Shown: piece after piece, positions 1 to 7,990 of the stretch | How the letters are laid out: each line of letters starts with the position of its first letter | Numbering within the stretch: the stretch's first letter is position 1 | Position numbers and translations under genes: made by a program | The notes under the pieces: model-generated | What the model was told of the DNA's origin: nothing | The model's input: the letters and a program-made list of their open reading frames with translations, nothing else | Database searches by the model: none | UHGV virus genome: UHGV-0254305 | Source of the DNA: a virus | Length of the DNA stretch: 10,104 bases | Direction: 5' to 3' (one strand)

Positions 1-191
1 GCCGTTACGCACCACCCCGTCAGTAGCTGAACAGGAGGGACAGCTGATAGAAACAGAAGCCACTGGAGCACCTCAAAAACACCATCATACACTAAATCAG
101 TAAGTTGGCAGCATCACCCAAAGGCCTTTAAAAATTATGTCTCCTACCATTCTGTTAATTTCAAAATCACTTAACTGTGAATAATCCATTG

Positions 192-368
192 TCATTTCCT
201 CGCACGATATCTTAGCCACCGGATATCCCACAGGTGAGCTGTGTAATTGAAGGTTTTTACGTCAGATTCTTTTGGGATTGGCTTGCGTTTATTTCTGGAG
301 CGTTTCGTTGGAAGGTATTTGCAGTTTTCGCAGATGATGTCGGTGAAACTTCGTCGCTGTCGCCTCAT
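192..368 (-). CDS. ninE: NinE-family small basic protein (58 aa)
   Basis: Minus-strand ORF whose internal ATG at 368 overlaps the methyltransferase stop as ATGA (366-368 / 365-367). The translation [58 protein letters not shown] matches my memory of lambda NinE (CxxC, basic). The ORF track extends it to 458 using an upstream start inside the preceding gene. Confidence 0.75.
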   Translation of the reverse strand: MRRQRRSFTDIICENCKYLPTKRSRNKRKPIPKESDVKTFNYTAHLWDIRWLRYRARK

Positions 369-892
369 GCCGCCCTCCTGACGCCCTGCCCGATCGCCAT
401 CAATGCCGCTTTGGATACGGTAGTAAACATCCGTCGAGGACTGATGAACGGTCGCCAAATCAGCAGCATGGAGCCTTTGCTGTTTCCCTTCTTCTCCAGC
501 CCTGTCGATGGTTCGATAAAATTAATCCGTCCATCAGTGATAATGCGAACTTCGTCGACACTCTCCAGAGCCTTGCTGAACCATCCGACTGACATATCCT
601 CTGGCACAAGCATAACTACCGTCTGTCGCTGTTGTATGCACTGCTCAGCAGCTTTTTCCACCCACGGCCTGATATTGCTGTACGGTGGGTTATTCCAGAT
701 TGCACCGTGGCTTACCCACTCAGAATTGAGCGCGTCGTCGGCCTCAGTTAGCCAGTGAGCACACAGAGCATTTTTGTCGCTCGCTGCCGAATCCAGCCAG
801 AATCCAAACTCAATATCCAGTGCATCAAAAAGCCAAAGCGGCGTTTGCCAGCAGTCCTTGTCGTGTGCTGGCGTATTTGATTTGATAGTCAT
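365..892 (-). CDS. Phage DNA N6-adenine methyltransferase (Dam-like, 175 aa)
   Basis: Translation [26 protein letters not shown]...WNNPPYS contains the DxxWQTP motif and the NPPY catalytic motif IV of amino-methyltransferases. Its start ATG (890-892) overlaps the ninB stop (889-891) as ATGA. It sits where lambda carries ninC/ninD. Confidence 0.8.
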   Translation of the reverse strand: MTIKSNTPAHDKDCWQTPLWLFDALDIEFGFWLDSAASDKNALCAHWLTEADDALNSEWVSHGAIWNNPPYSNIRPWVEKAAEQCIQQRQTVVMLVPEDMSVGWFSKALESVDEVRIITDGRINFIEPSTGLEKKGNSKGSMLLIWRPFISPRRMFTTVSKAALMAIGQGVRRAA

Positions 893-1329
893 GCAGCCCG
901 ATCTCCCCATCTCGCTTTCCACTCCAGAGCCAGTCTCGCTTCGTCTGACCACTTAACGCCACGCTCTGTGCCGAATGCCTGTATAAGCTCTAATAGCTCC
1001 GCAAATTCGCCTACACGCATCCTGCTGGTTGACTGGCCTATTACCACAAAGCCATTCCCGGCAAGGTTAGGAACAACATCCTGCTGCTTTAATGCTGCGG
1101 TAAACACACACTTCCAGCTTTCTGCATCCAGCCAGCGACCATGCCATTCAACCTGACGAGAGACGTCACCTAAGCAGGCCCATAGCTTCCTGTTTTGGTC
1201 TAAGCTGCGGTTGCGTTCCTGAATGGTTACTACGATTGGTTTGGTTGGGTCTGGAAGGATTTGCTGTACTGCGTGAATAGCGTTTTGCTGATGTGCTGGA
1301 GATCGAATTTCAAAGGTTAGTTTTTTCAT
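889..1329 (-). CDS. ninB: NinB recombination protein (146 aa)
   Basis: Translation MKKLTFEIRSPAHQQNAIHAVQQILPDPTKPIVVTIQERNRSLDQNRKLWACLGDV... matches lambda NinB from memory. ATG at 1327-1329 (minus) is preceded by a GAGGGA ribosome-binding site; the ORF-track start at 1347 is a TTG six codons upstream. Confidence 0.9.
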   Translation of the reverse strand: MKKLTFEIRSPAHQQNAIHAVQQILPDPTKPIVVTIQERNRSLDQNRKLWACLGDVSRQVEWHGRWLDAESWKCVFTAALKQQDVVPNLAGNGFVVIGQSTSRMRVGEFAELLELIQAFGTERGVKWSDEARLALEWKARWGDRAA

Positions 1330-1341
1330 GACTTCCCTCTC

Positions 1342-1378
1342 CCCCAAATAAAAAGGCCTGCGATTACCAGCAGGCCTG
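1342..1378 (-). terminator. tR2: Intrinsic terminator, tR2-like (between ren and ninB)
   Basis: On the minus strand: stem AGGCCTGC / GCAGGCCT (1354-1377) followed by TTTTTATTT. This is the position where lambda has tR2. Confidence 0.6.
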
Positions 1379-1402
1379 TTATTAGCTCAGTAATGTAGAT
1401 GG

Positions 1403-1693
1403 TCATCTTTTAACTCCATATACCGCCAATACCCGTTTCATCGCGGCACTCTGGCGACACTCCTTAAAAATCAGGTTCGTGCTCATCTTTCCTTCCCGTT
1501 CTTCCCTGGTAGCAAACCGGTAATACACCGTTCGCCAGACCTTACCTTCGATAACCAGAAGACCTGCCCGTGCCATTTTAGCCGCGGCCTGATTTATGCT
1601 GGTTACTGTTGCGCCTGTTAGCGCGGCAACGTCCGGCGCACAGAAGCTATTATGCGTCCCCAGGTAATGAATAATTGCCTCTTTGCCCGTCAT
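1403..1693 (-). CDS. ren: Ren protein (96 aa)
   Basis: Translation MTGKEAIIHYLGTHNSFCAPDVAALTGATVTSINQAAAKMARAGLLVIEGKVWRTVYYRFATREEREG... matches lambda Ren from memory. ATGA overlap with the P stop. Confidence 0.9.
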   Translation of the reverse strand: MTGKEAIIHYLGTHNSFCAPDVAALTGATVTSINQAAAKMARAGLLVIEGKVWRTVYYRFATREEREGKMSTNLIFKECRQSAAMKRVLAVYGVKR

Positions 1694-2391
1694 ACACTTG
1701 CTCCTTTCAGTCCGAACTTAGCTTTAATTTCTGCGATCTTCGCCAGAGCCTGTGCACGATTTAGAGGTCTACCGCCCATAACAGGAAGTTGTTTTACTGG
1801 TTCAGGTATCGTCTCACCACGGTTAATTCGCGCTGTCATACAGGTCAGTTCATCGGCAGCCTTGCGCCGTAATTCCGCATCAGTAAGCGCATTGGCCCGC
1901 ATGTTCTGATACAGGTTGGTAACCAGCCAGTAGTGCGCGTTTGATTTCCACGGATAAGACTCCGCATCCGGATACAGGCCTCGCTTCCGGCAATACTCGT
2001 AAACCATATCAACCAGCTCGCTGACGTTTGGCAGTCCGGCGATAACGGATGCTTCTTCCCGGCACCATGCAACAAACTGCCCGGGTGATGGCAGAAATGG
2101 TCGATTCTGCCGACGGGCTACGCGCATTCCTGCGTTAACCTGTTCCATTGTGGTGATCCCGTTTTCCCGGAAAGCCAGAACCCACTGGCGGCGGATTTCG
2201 TTCAGTTCGTTCTGGTCACGGTTAGCCAGACTCGCCGGGAAAGTTGCCAGTAACTGGCTGAACACACCGTTGATGATCTGCGCTACCTGCTGTACCTGTG
2301 GCTTTTCGTCGTACTGTTCCGGCATGTTGTTGGCGATCCGACGCATCTGCTCACGGTCAAAGTTAACCATCTGTGCGGCGATGTTTTTCAT
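1690..2391 (-). CDS. P: Replication protein P (DnaB helicase loader, 233 aa)
   Basis: Translation MKNIAAQMVNFDREQMRRIANNMPEQYDEKPQVQQVAQIINGVFSQLLATF... matches lambda P from memory. ATGA overlap with the O stop at 2388-2391. Confidence 0.95.
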   Translation of the reverse strand: MKNIAAQMVNFDREQMRRIANNMPEQYDEKPQVQQVAQIINGVFSQLLATFPASLANRDQNELNEIRRQWVLAFRENGITTMEQVNAGMRVARRQNRPFLPSPGQFVAWCREEASVIAGLPNVSELVDMVYEYCRKRGLYPDAESYPWKSNAHYWLVTNLYQNMRANALTDAELRRKAADELTCMTARINRGETIPEPVKQLPVMGGRPLNRAQALAKIAEIKAKFGLKGASV

Positions 2392-3287
2392 AGATCCACC
2401 CCGTAAATCCAGTCAGTGTTTGTCAGGTCGAGTTTTGGTTTTCCGGCTGTCACGCCAGCCTGTTGCTTGTTACGGTTGATTTCGAGCTGGGTCCACTTGT
2501 CGCGGAGTTTGGCCGGACTCAGCACGTTACCGGACCAGAAGTTGTCCTGGCAGGCCCAGCGGAAAAGCACACACATATCGCGGTGGTTACGTCCGTCACG
2601 TTCACGCATCAGGCGGATATCGTTAGCCCACCCAGCAAAATTCGGTTTTCTGGCTGATGGCGCGATGGTCTTCACCATGTCAAACATCCACTCTGCGGCG
2701 GTCAGGTCTTCTGCTGTTCCCCACTTACTGCCGCTCTGAATTGCAGCATCCGGTTTAACCACAGAAAGATCGTTTTCTGGCTGGTCAGAGGATTCGCCAG
2801 AATTCTCGGACGAATAATCTTTTCTTTTTTCTTTTGTAATAGTGTCTTTTGTGTCCCCCTGTTTTGAGGGATAGCAATCCCCCAATTTGAGGGATGTTTT
2901 ATCCCTCGTTTTAGGGGATTTTCCCTCGTTTTGAGGGATACACCATTCTGAGATGTTTTTATTTGGTCCAAACATGCCGCCTTGCTGCTTGATAATATTC
3001 ATTCTGACGAGTTCTAACTTGGCTTCATTGCACCGTTTGACAGGTAACTTTGTAATCTCGCTAAGTTGAGAATCGGTGATTCTGTCCATTGGTTTATTCC
3101 ACCCATAGGTTTTACGCAGAATGGCAAGCAGCACTTTAAACTGTCGCTTGGTCAGATCTGCGCCCGAATAAGCCTCAAGCAGCATATTTGATAGTCTGGC
3201 GTAACCATCATCGAGATCTGCCACATTACGCTCCTGTCCGGCAAAGTTACCTCTGCCGAAGTTGAGTATTTTTGCTGTATTTGTCAT
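2388..3287 (-). CDS. O: Replication initiator protein O (299 aa)
   Basis: Translation MTNTAKILNFGRGNFAGQERNVADLDDGYARLSNMLLEAYSGADLTKRQFKVLLAILRKTYGWNKPMDRITDSQLSEITKLPVKRCNEAKLELVRMNIIKQ... matches lambda O from memory. AGGAG ribosome-binding site upstream; the ori iterons are embedded in the middle of the gene. Confidence 0.95.
   Translation of the reverse strand: MTNTAKILNFGRGNFAGQERNVADLDDGYARLSNMLLEAYSGADLTKRQFKVLLAILRKTYGWNKPMDRITDSQLSEITKLPVKRCNEAKLELVRMNIIKQQGGMFGPNKNISEWCIPQNEGKSPKTRDKTSLKLGDCYPSKQGDTKDTITKEKRKDYSSENSGESSDQPENDLSVVKPDAAIQSGSKWGTAEDLTAAEWMFDMVKTIAPSARKPNFAGWANDIRLMRERDGRNHRDMCVLFRWACQDNFWSGNVLSPAKLRDKWTQLEINRNKQQAGVTAGKPKLDLTNTDWIYGVDL
2810..2938. repeat. ori: Lambda-type replication origin: four ~18-bp iterons plus adjacent AT-rich region
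   Basis: Four tandem iterons of the form TCCCTC-N-GAGGGA at 2854-2871, 2878-2894, 2901-2918 and 2922-2938, each internally palindromic. They are flanked at 2810-2853 by an AT-rich tract (ttttcttttttcttttgtaatagtgtcttttg). This is the classic organisation of ori-lambda inside O. Confidence 0.85.
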
Positions 3288-3290
3288 AAT
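3262..3290 (+). promoter_or_regulatory. Po promoter for oop RNA
   Basis: -35 TTGAGT (3262-3267), 17-bp spacer, -10 CATAAT (3285-3290); transcription would start near 3297 and run antisense into the cII 3' end. Confidence 0.5.
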
Positions 3291-3296
3291 GACTCC

Positions 3297-3372
3297 TGTT
3301 GATAGATCCAGTAATGACCTCAGAACTCCATCTGGATTTGTTCAGAACGCTCGGTTGCCGCCGGGCGTTTTT
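3297..3372 (+). ncRNA. oop: oop antisense RNA (about 76 nt, antisense to the cII 3' end)
   Basis: Lies downstream of the Po-like promoter and ends at a GC-rich hairpin (ttgccgccgggcg) followed by TTTTTTATT at about 3350-3372. Position relative to cII and O matches lambda oop. Ends are approximate. Confidence 0.55.
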
Positions 3373-3613
3373 TATTGGTGAGAATCGCAGCAACTTGTCG
3401 CGCCAATCGAGCCATGTCGTCGTCAACGACCCCCCATTCAAGAACAGCAAGCAGCATTGAGAACTTTGGAATCCAGTCTCTCTTCCACCTGCTGATCTGC
3501 GACTTATCAACTCCCACAGCTTCCGCTGTCTTCTCAGTTCCAAGCATTGCGATTTTGTTAAGCAACGCACTCTCGATTCGTAGTGCCTCGTTGCGTTTGT
3601 TTGCACGAACCAT
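3320..3613 (-). CDS. cII: Transcriptional activator CII (97 aa)
   Basis: Translation MVRANKRNEALRIESALLNKIAMLGTEKTAEAVGVDKSQISRWKRDWIPKFSMLLAVLEWGVVDDDMARLARQVAAILTNKKRPAATERSEQIQMEF matches lambda CII from memory. ATG at 3611-3613 (minus). Confidence 0.95.
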   Translation of the reverse strand: MVRANKRNEALRIESALLNKIAMLGTEKTAEAVGVDKSQISRWKRDWIPKFSMLLAVLEWGVVDDDMARLARQVAAILTNKKRPAATERSEQIQMEF

Positions 3614-3626
3614 ATGTAAGTATTTC
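3588..3626 (+). promoter_or_regulatory. PRE-like CII-dependent promoter
   Basis: TTGC-N6-TTGC CII-binding direct repeat at 3591-3604 on the plus strand, overlapping the cII start codon region as in lambda PRE. Transcription would run toward cro (antisense) and cI. The -10 and start site are not resolved. Confidence 0.5.
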
Positions 3627-3692
3627 CTTAGATAACAATTGATTGAATGTATGAAAATAAATGCATACACCATAGGTGTGGTTTAATTGGAT

Positions 3693-3724
3693 GCCCTTTT
3701 TCAGGGCTGGGATGTGTAAGAGCG
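3693..3724 (-). promoter_or_regulatory. nutR: nutR (boxA + boxB N-utilisation site)
   Basis: On the minus strand: boxA CGCTCTTACA (3715-3724) and the boxB hairpin GCCCTGAAAAAGGGC (3693-3707), downstream of cro. Just beyond it is an ACACC-TAT-GGTGT hairpin in the tR1 position. Confidence 0.8.
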
Positions 3725-3732
3725 GGAATGTC

Positions 3733-5087
<1,355 letters not shown>

Positions 5088-5137
5088 TCCCCACCTCAAT
5101 CTCGATAACCAAAAAACAAACTATTTTCCGTTTAAAA

Positions 5138-5206
5138 ACAATGGAGTTTGTTTTTCACGCCCCTTTTTTACAATATTTCTTGTTTACAACATACAATCTT
5201 TCTTGT
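5138..5206. promoter_or_regulatory. OL: 434-type left operators OL3, OL2, OL1
   Basis: ACAA-N6-TTGT sites at 5138-5151 (ACAATGGAGTTTGT), 5170-5183 (ACAATATTTCTTGT) and 5193-5206 (ACAATCTTTCTTGT), upstream of nutL and N. Confidence 0.85.
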
Positions 5207-5211
5207 AATTT
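5183..5211 (+). promoter_or_regulatory. PL promoter
   Basis: -35 TTTACA (5183-5188), 17-bp spacer, -10 TAATTT (5206-5211), overlapping OL1/OL2; transcribes toward nutL and N. Confidence 0.5.
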
Positions 5212-5251
5212 TAAGCCATCAGCAGGACGCACTGACCACCATTGAAGGTGA

Positions 5252-5282
5252 TGCTCTTAAAAATTAAGCCCTGAAGAAGGGC
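5252..5282 (+). promoter_or_regulatory. nutL: nutL (boxA-like + boxB)
   Basis: boxB hairpin GCCCTGAAGAAGGGC at 5268-5282, preceded by the boxA-like TGCTCTTAA at 5252-5260 (consensus CGCTCTTA). Confidence 0.8.
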
Positions 5283-5440
5283 AGCATTCAAAGCAGAAGG
5301 CTTTGGGGTGTGTGATACGAAACGAAGCATTGGCCGGAAGTGCGAATCCGGATTAGCTGCAAATGAGCCAATCGTGGGGTGTTTTCGTTCAGGACTACGA
5401 CTCACACACACCACCAAAGCTAACTGACAAGAGAATCCAG

Positions 5441-5764
5441 ATGGATGCACAAACACGCCGCCGCGAACGTCGCGCAGAGAAACAGGCTCAATGGAAAGTA
5501 GCAAATCCCCTGTTGGTTGGGGTAAGCGCAAAACCAGTTAACCGCCCTATTCTCTCGCTGAATCGCAAACCGAAATCACGAGTAGAAAGCGCACTGAATC
5601 CGATAGACCTTACAGTGCTGGCTGAATACCACGAACAGATTGAAAGCAACCTGCAACGTATTGAGCGCAAGAATCAGCGCACATGGTACAGCAAGCCTGG
5701 CGAACGCGGCATAACATGCAGTGGACGCCAGAAAATTAAGGGAAAATCGATTCCTCTTACCTAG
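5441..5764 (+). CDS. N: Antitermination protein N (107 aa)
   Basis: Translation MDAQTRRRERRAEKQAQWKVANPLLVGVSAKPVNRPILSLNRKPKSRVESALNPIDLTVLAEYHEQIESNLQRIERKNQRTWYSKPGERGITCSGRQKIKGKSIPLT carries the arginine-rich boxB-binding motif and matches lambda N with a few substitutions (from memory). The ORF-track start at 5363 is an upstream in-frame extension. Confidence 0.95.
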   Translation: MDAQTRRRERRAEKQAQWKVANPLLVGVSAKPVNRPILSLNRKPKSRVESALNPIDLTVLAEYHEQIESNLQRIERKNQRTWYSKPGERGITCSGRQKIKGKSIPLT

Positions 5765-6316
5765 TTACTTAGATATTGGCCTTGGCTTTATCTCAATATT
5801 ATATGGATCATAGCTGGCAACTAATTCAGTCCAGTAAATATCCTCAATAGGGAATAATATATGCTTCCCGTTCCATCGGGAAAAAGTTTTGTTCAACACA
5901 CCAAGCTCAATCAACTCACTAATGTATGGGAATTGTTTTGATGTAACCACATACTTCCTGCCTTCATTAAGGGCTGCGCACAAAACCATAGATTGCTCTT
6001 CTGTAAGGTTTTGAATTACCGATCGCACTTTATCGTTTTGCATCTTAATGCGTTTTCTTAGCTTAAATCGCTTATATCTGGCGCTGGCAATAGCTGATAA
6101 TCGATGCACATTAATTGCTAGCGAAAATGCAAGAGCAAAGACGAAAACATGCCACACATGAGGAATACCGATTCTCTCATTAACATATTCAGGCCAGTTA
6201 TCTGGGCTTAAAAGCAGAAGTCCAACCCAGATAACGATCATATACATGGTTCTCTCCAGAGGTTCATTACTGAACACTCGTCCGAGAATAACGAGTGGAT
6301 CCATTTCTATACTCAT
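5765..6316 (-). CDS. sieB: Superinfection exclusion protein B (membrane protein, 183 aa)
   Basis: Translation MSIEMDPLVILGRVFSNEPLERTMYMIVIWVGLLLLSPDNWPEYVNERIGIPHVWHVFVFALAFSLAINV... has two hydrophobic helices and matches lambda SieB from memory. Convergent with N, with stops at adjacent bases 5764/5765. ATG at 6314-6316; the ORF track starts at a TTG one codon upstream (6319). Confidence 0.85.
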   Translation of the reverse strand: MSIEMDPLVILGRVFSNEPLERTMYMIVIWVGLLLLSPDNWPEYVNERIGIPHVWHVFVFALAFSLAINVHRLSAIASARYKRFKLRKRIKMQNDKVRSVIQNLTEEQSMVLCAALNEGRKYVVTSKQFPYISELIELGVLNKTFSRWNGKHILFPIEDIYWTELVASYDPYNIEIKPRPISK

Positions 6317-6443
6317 CAAACTGTAGGGGTTGTAATAGTTTATCCGATTTCTCGCTGTAGGGGTACACGAGAACCACCGAGCCTGATGTGGTTAAAAGAC
6401 AGGCACAATCTTTACTACCGCAATCCACTATTTAAGGTGATAT

Positions 6444-6530
6444 ATGGAAGAAGAATTTGAAGAGTTCGAAGAGCATCCGCAGGATGTAATGGAACAGTAC
6501 CAGGACTATCCGTATGACTACGACTATTGA
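6444..6530 (+). CDS. Small acidic protein, lambda orf28-like (28 aa)
   Basis: ATG at 6444 with an AAGGTGA ribosome-binding site at 6434-6440. Translation MEEEFEEFEEHPQDVMEQYQDYPYDYDY. Below the ORF-track length cutoff; in the position of lambda orf28 between sieB and ral. Confidence 0.45.
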   Translation: MEEEFEEFEEHPQDVMEQYQDYPYDYDY

Positions 6531-6693
6531 TAAGAATCAATGGTGTGGACAATTCAAGCGATGCAATGGATGCAAGCTGCAATCGGAATGCATGGTTAAG
6601 CCTGAAGAAATGTTTCCTGTAATAGAAGATGGGAAATATGTCGATAAATGGGCAATACGAACGACGGCAATGATTGCCAGAGAACTTGGTTAA
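6514..6693 (+). CDS. ral: Ral restriction-alleviation protein (59 aa as read here)
   Basis: Translation MTTTIDKNQWCGQFKRCNGCKLQSECMVKPEEMFPVIEDGKYVDKWAIRTTAMIARELG matches lambda Ral from memory. It overlaps the orf28 3' end in another frame. I recall lambda Ral as 66 aa; here no start codon exists further upstream before the in-frame stop at 6487. Confidence 0.8.
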   Translation: MTTTIDKNQWCGQFKRCNGCKLQSECMVKPEEMFPVIEDGKYVDKWAIRTTAMIARELG

Positions 6694-6850
6694 CAGAACA
6701 ACAAAGCTGCCTGATAGTGGCCTTTATTTTTGGCATAAATAACAGAATAAACACTGCACTGTGTATTCATTCCAACGAGTGAATACACGGAGCAATGTCG
6801 CTCGTAACTAAACAGGAGCCGACTTGTTCTGATTATTGGAAATCTTCTTT

Positions 6851-6877
6851 GCCCTCCAGTGTGAGGGCGATTTTTTA
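6851..6877 (+). terminator. Intrinsic terminator candidate upstream of ea10 (tL2-like)
   Basis: Stem GCCCTC (6851-6856) / GAGGGC (6863-6868) with loop CAGTGT, followed by GATTTTTTAT. Confidence 0.55.
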
Positions 6878-6896
6878 TCTATGAGGATATGAACAG

Positions 6897-7265
6897 ATGT
6901 CAAACATCAAAAAATACATCATTGATTACGACTGGAAAGCATCAATAGAAATTGAAATCGACCATGACGTAATGACAGAGGAAAAACTTCACCAGATTAA
7001 TAATTTCTGGTCAGACTCTGAATACCGACTCAATAAACACGGCTCTGTATTAAATGCTGTATTAATCATGCTGGCGCAATATGCTCTGCTTATAGCAATT
7101 TCGAAAGACTTAAATGCATATGGTGTTGTTTGTGAGTTCGACTGGGATGATGGAAATGGTCAGGAAGGATGGCCTCCAATGGATGGTAGTGAAGGAATAA
7201 GAATTACCGATATCGATACATCAGGAATATTTGATTCAGATGATATGACTATCAAGGCCGCCTGA
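6897..7265 (+). CDS. ea10: Ea10 (Ssb-like early protein, 122 aa)
   Basis: Translation MSNIKKYIIDYDWKASIEIEIDHDVMTEEKLHQINNFWSDSEYRLNKHG... matches lambda Ea10 from memory. GAGGA ribosome-binding site upstream. Confidence 0.9.
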   Translation: MSNIKKYIIDYDWKASIEIEIDHDVMTEEKLHQINNFWSDSEYRLNKHGSVLNAVLIMLAQYALLIAISKDLNAYGVVCEFDWDDGNGQEGWPPMDGSEGIRITDIDTSGIFDSDDMTIKAA

Positions 7266-7290
7266 GTGCGGTTTTACCGCATACCAATAA

Positions 7291-7315
7291 CGCTTCACTC
7301 GAGGCGTTTTTCGTT
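7291..7315 (+). terminator. Intrinsic terminator candidate between ea10 and cIII (tL3-like)
   Basis: Stem CGCTTC / GAGGCG (one G-U pair) with loop ACTC, followed by TTTTTCGTT. Confidence 0.4.
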
Positions 7316-7337
7316 ATGTATAAATAAGGAGCACACC

Positions 7338-7502
7338 ATGCAATATGCCATTGCAGGGTGGCCTGTTGCTGGCTGCCCTTCCGAATCTTTACTTGAACGA
7401 ATCACCCGTAAATTACGTGACGGATGGAAACGCCTTATCGACATACTTAATCAGCCAGGAGTCCCAAAGAATGGATCAAACACTTATGGCTATCCAGACT
7501 AA
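7338..7502 (+). CDS. cIII: CIII (FtsH/HflB inhibitor, 54 aa)
   Basis: Translation [54 protein letters not shown] matches lambda CIII. AAGGAG ribosome-binding site at 7326-7331. Confidence 0.95.
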   Translation: MQYAIAGWPVAGCPSESLLERITRKLRDGWKRLIDILNQPGVPKNGSNTYGYPD

Positions 7503-7614
7503 ATTCACTATCGCCACTTTTATTGGCGATGAAAAGATGTTTCGTGAAGCCGTCGACGCTTATAAAAAATGGATATTAATGCTGAAACTGAGATCAAGCA
7601 AAAGCATTCACTAA
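7471..7614 (+). CDS. kil: Kil (host cell-division inhibitor, 47 aa)
   Basis: Translation [47 protein letters not shown] matches lambda Kil from memory. It overlaps the cIII 3' end by 32 nt in another frame, as in lambda. Confidence 0.9.
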   Translation: MDQTLMAIQTKFTIATFIGDEKMFREAVDAYKKWILMLKLRSSKSIH

Positions 7615-7985
7615 CCCCCTTTCCTGTTTTCCTAATCAGCCTGGCATTTCGCGGGCGATATTTTCACAGCTATTTCAGGAGTTCAGCCATGAACGCTTAT
7701 TACATTCAGGATCGTCTTGAGGCTCAGAGCTGGGCGCGTCACTACCAGCAGATCGCCCGAGAAGAGAAAGAGGCAGAACTGGCAGACGACATGGAAAAAG
7801 GCCTGCCCCAGCACCTGTTTGAATCGCTATGCATCGATCATTTGCAACGCCACGGGGCCAGCAAAAAAGCCATTACCCGTGCGTTTGATGACGATGTTGA
7901 GTTTCAGGAGCGCATGGCAGAACACATCCGGTACATGGTTGAAACCATTGCTCACCACCAGGTTGATATTGATTCAGAGGTATAA
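7569..7985 (+). CDS. gam: Gam (RecBCD inhibitor; 138-aa long form, 98-aa short form from internal ATG at 7689)
   Basis: Translation ...[98 protein letters not shown] matches lambda Gam from memory. The internal start at 7689 has a strong CAGGAG ribosome-binding site; the 7569 start has none. Confidence 0.9.
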   Translation: MDINAETEIKQKHSLTPFPVFLISLAFRGRYFHSYFRSSAMNAYYIQDRLEAQSWARHYQQIAREEKEAELADDMEKGLPQHLFESLCIDHLQRHGASKKAITRAFDDDVEFQERMAEHIRYMVETIAHHQVDIDSEV

Positions 7986-7990
7986 AACGG

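Noticed and set aside
234-758. 174-aa plus-strand ORF
   Set aside because: Lies entirely antisense to the well-supported methyltransferase and ninE genes; no ribosome-binding site; I do not recognise the protein.
2854-2938. Possible CRISPR-like repeat array
   Set aside because: The repeats are four about 18 bp palindromic iterons with short 4-7 bp gaps inside the O gene, matching the lambda origin; there are no spacers of CRISPR size and no cas genes.
2702-2971. 89-aa minus-strand ORF and other alternative-frame ORFs inside O (2416-2739, 2463-2657)
   Set aside because: Alternative frames within O and the ori iteron region; the repetitive iterons create spurious open frames.
5363-5440. Upstream extension of N (133-aa ORF-track version)
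   Set aside because: The extension covers the N-leader regulatory RNA; N starts at 5441 (MDAQTRRRERRA).
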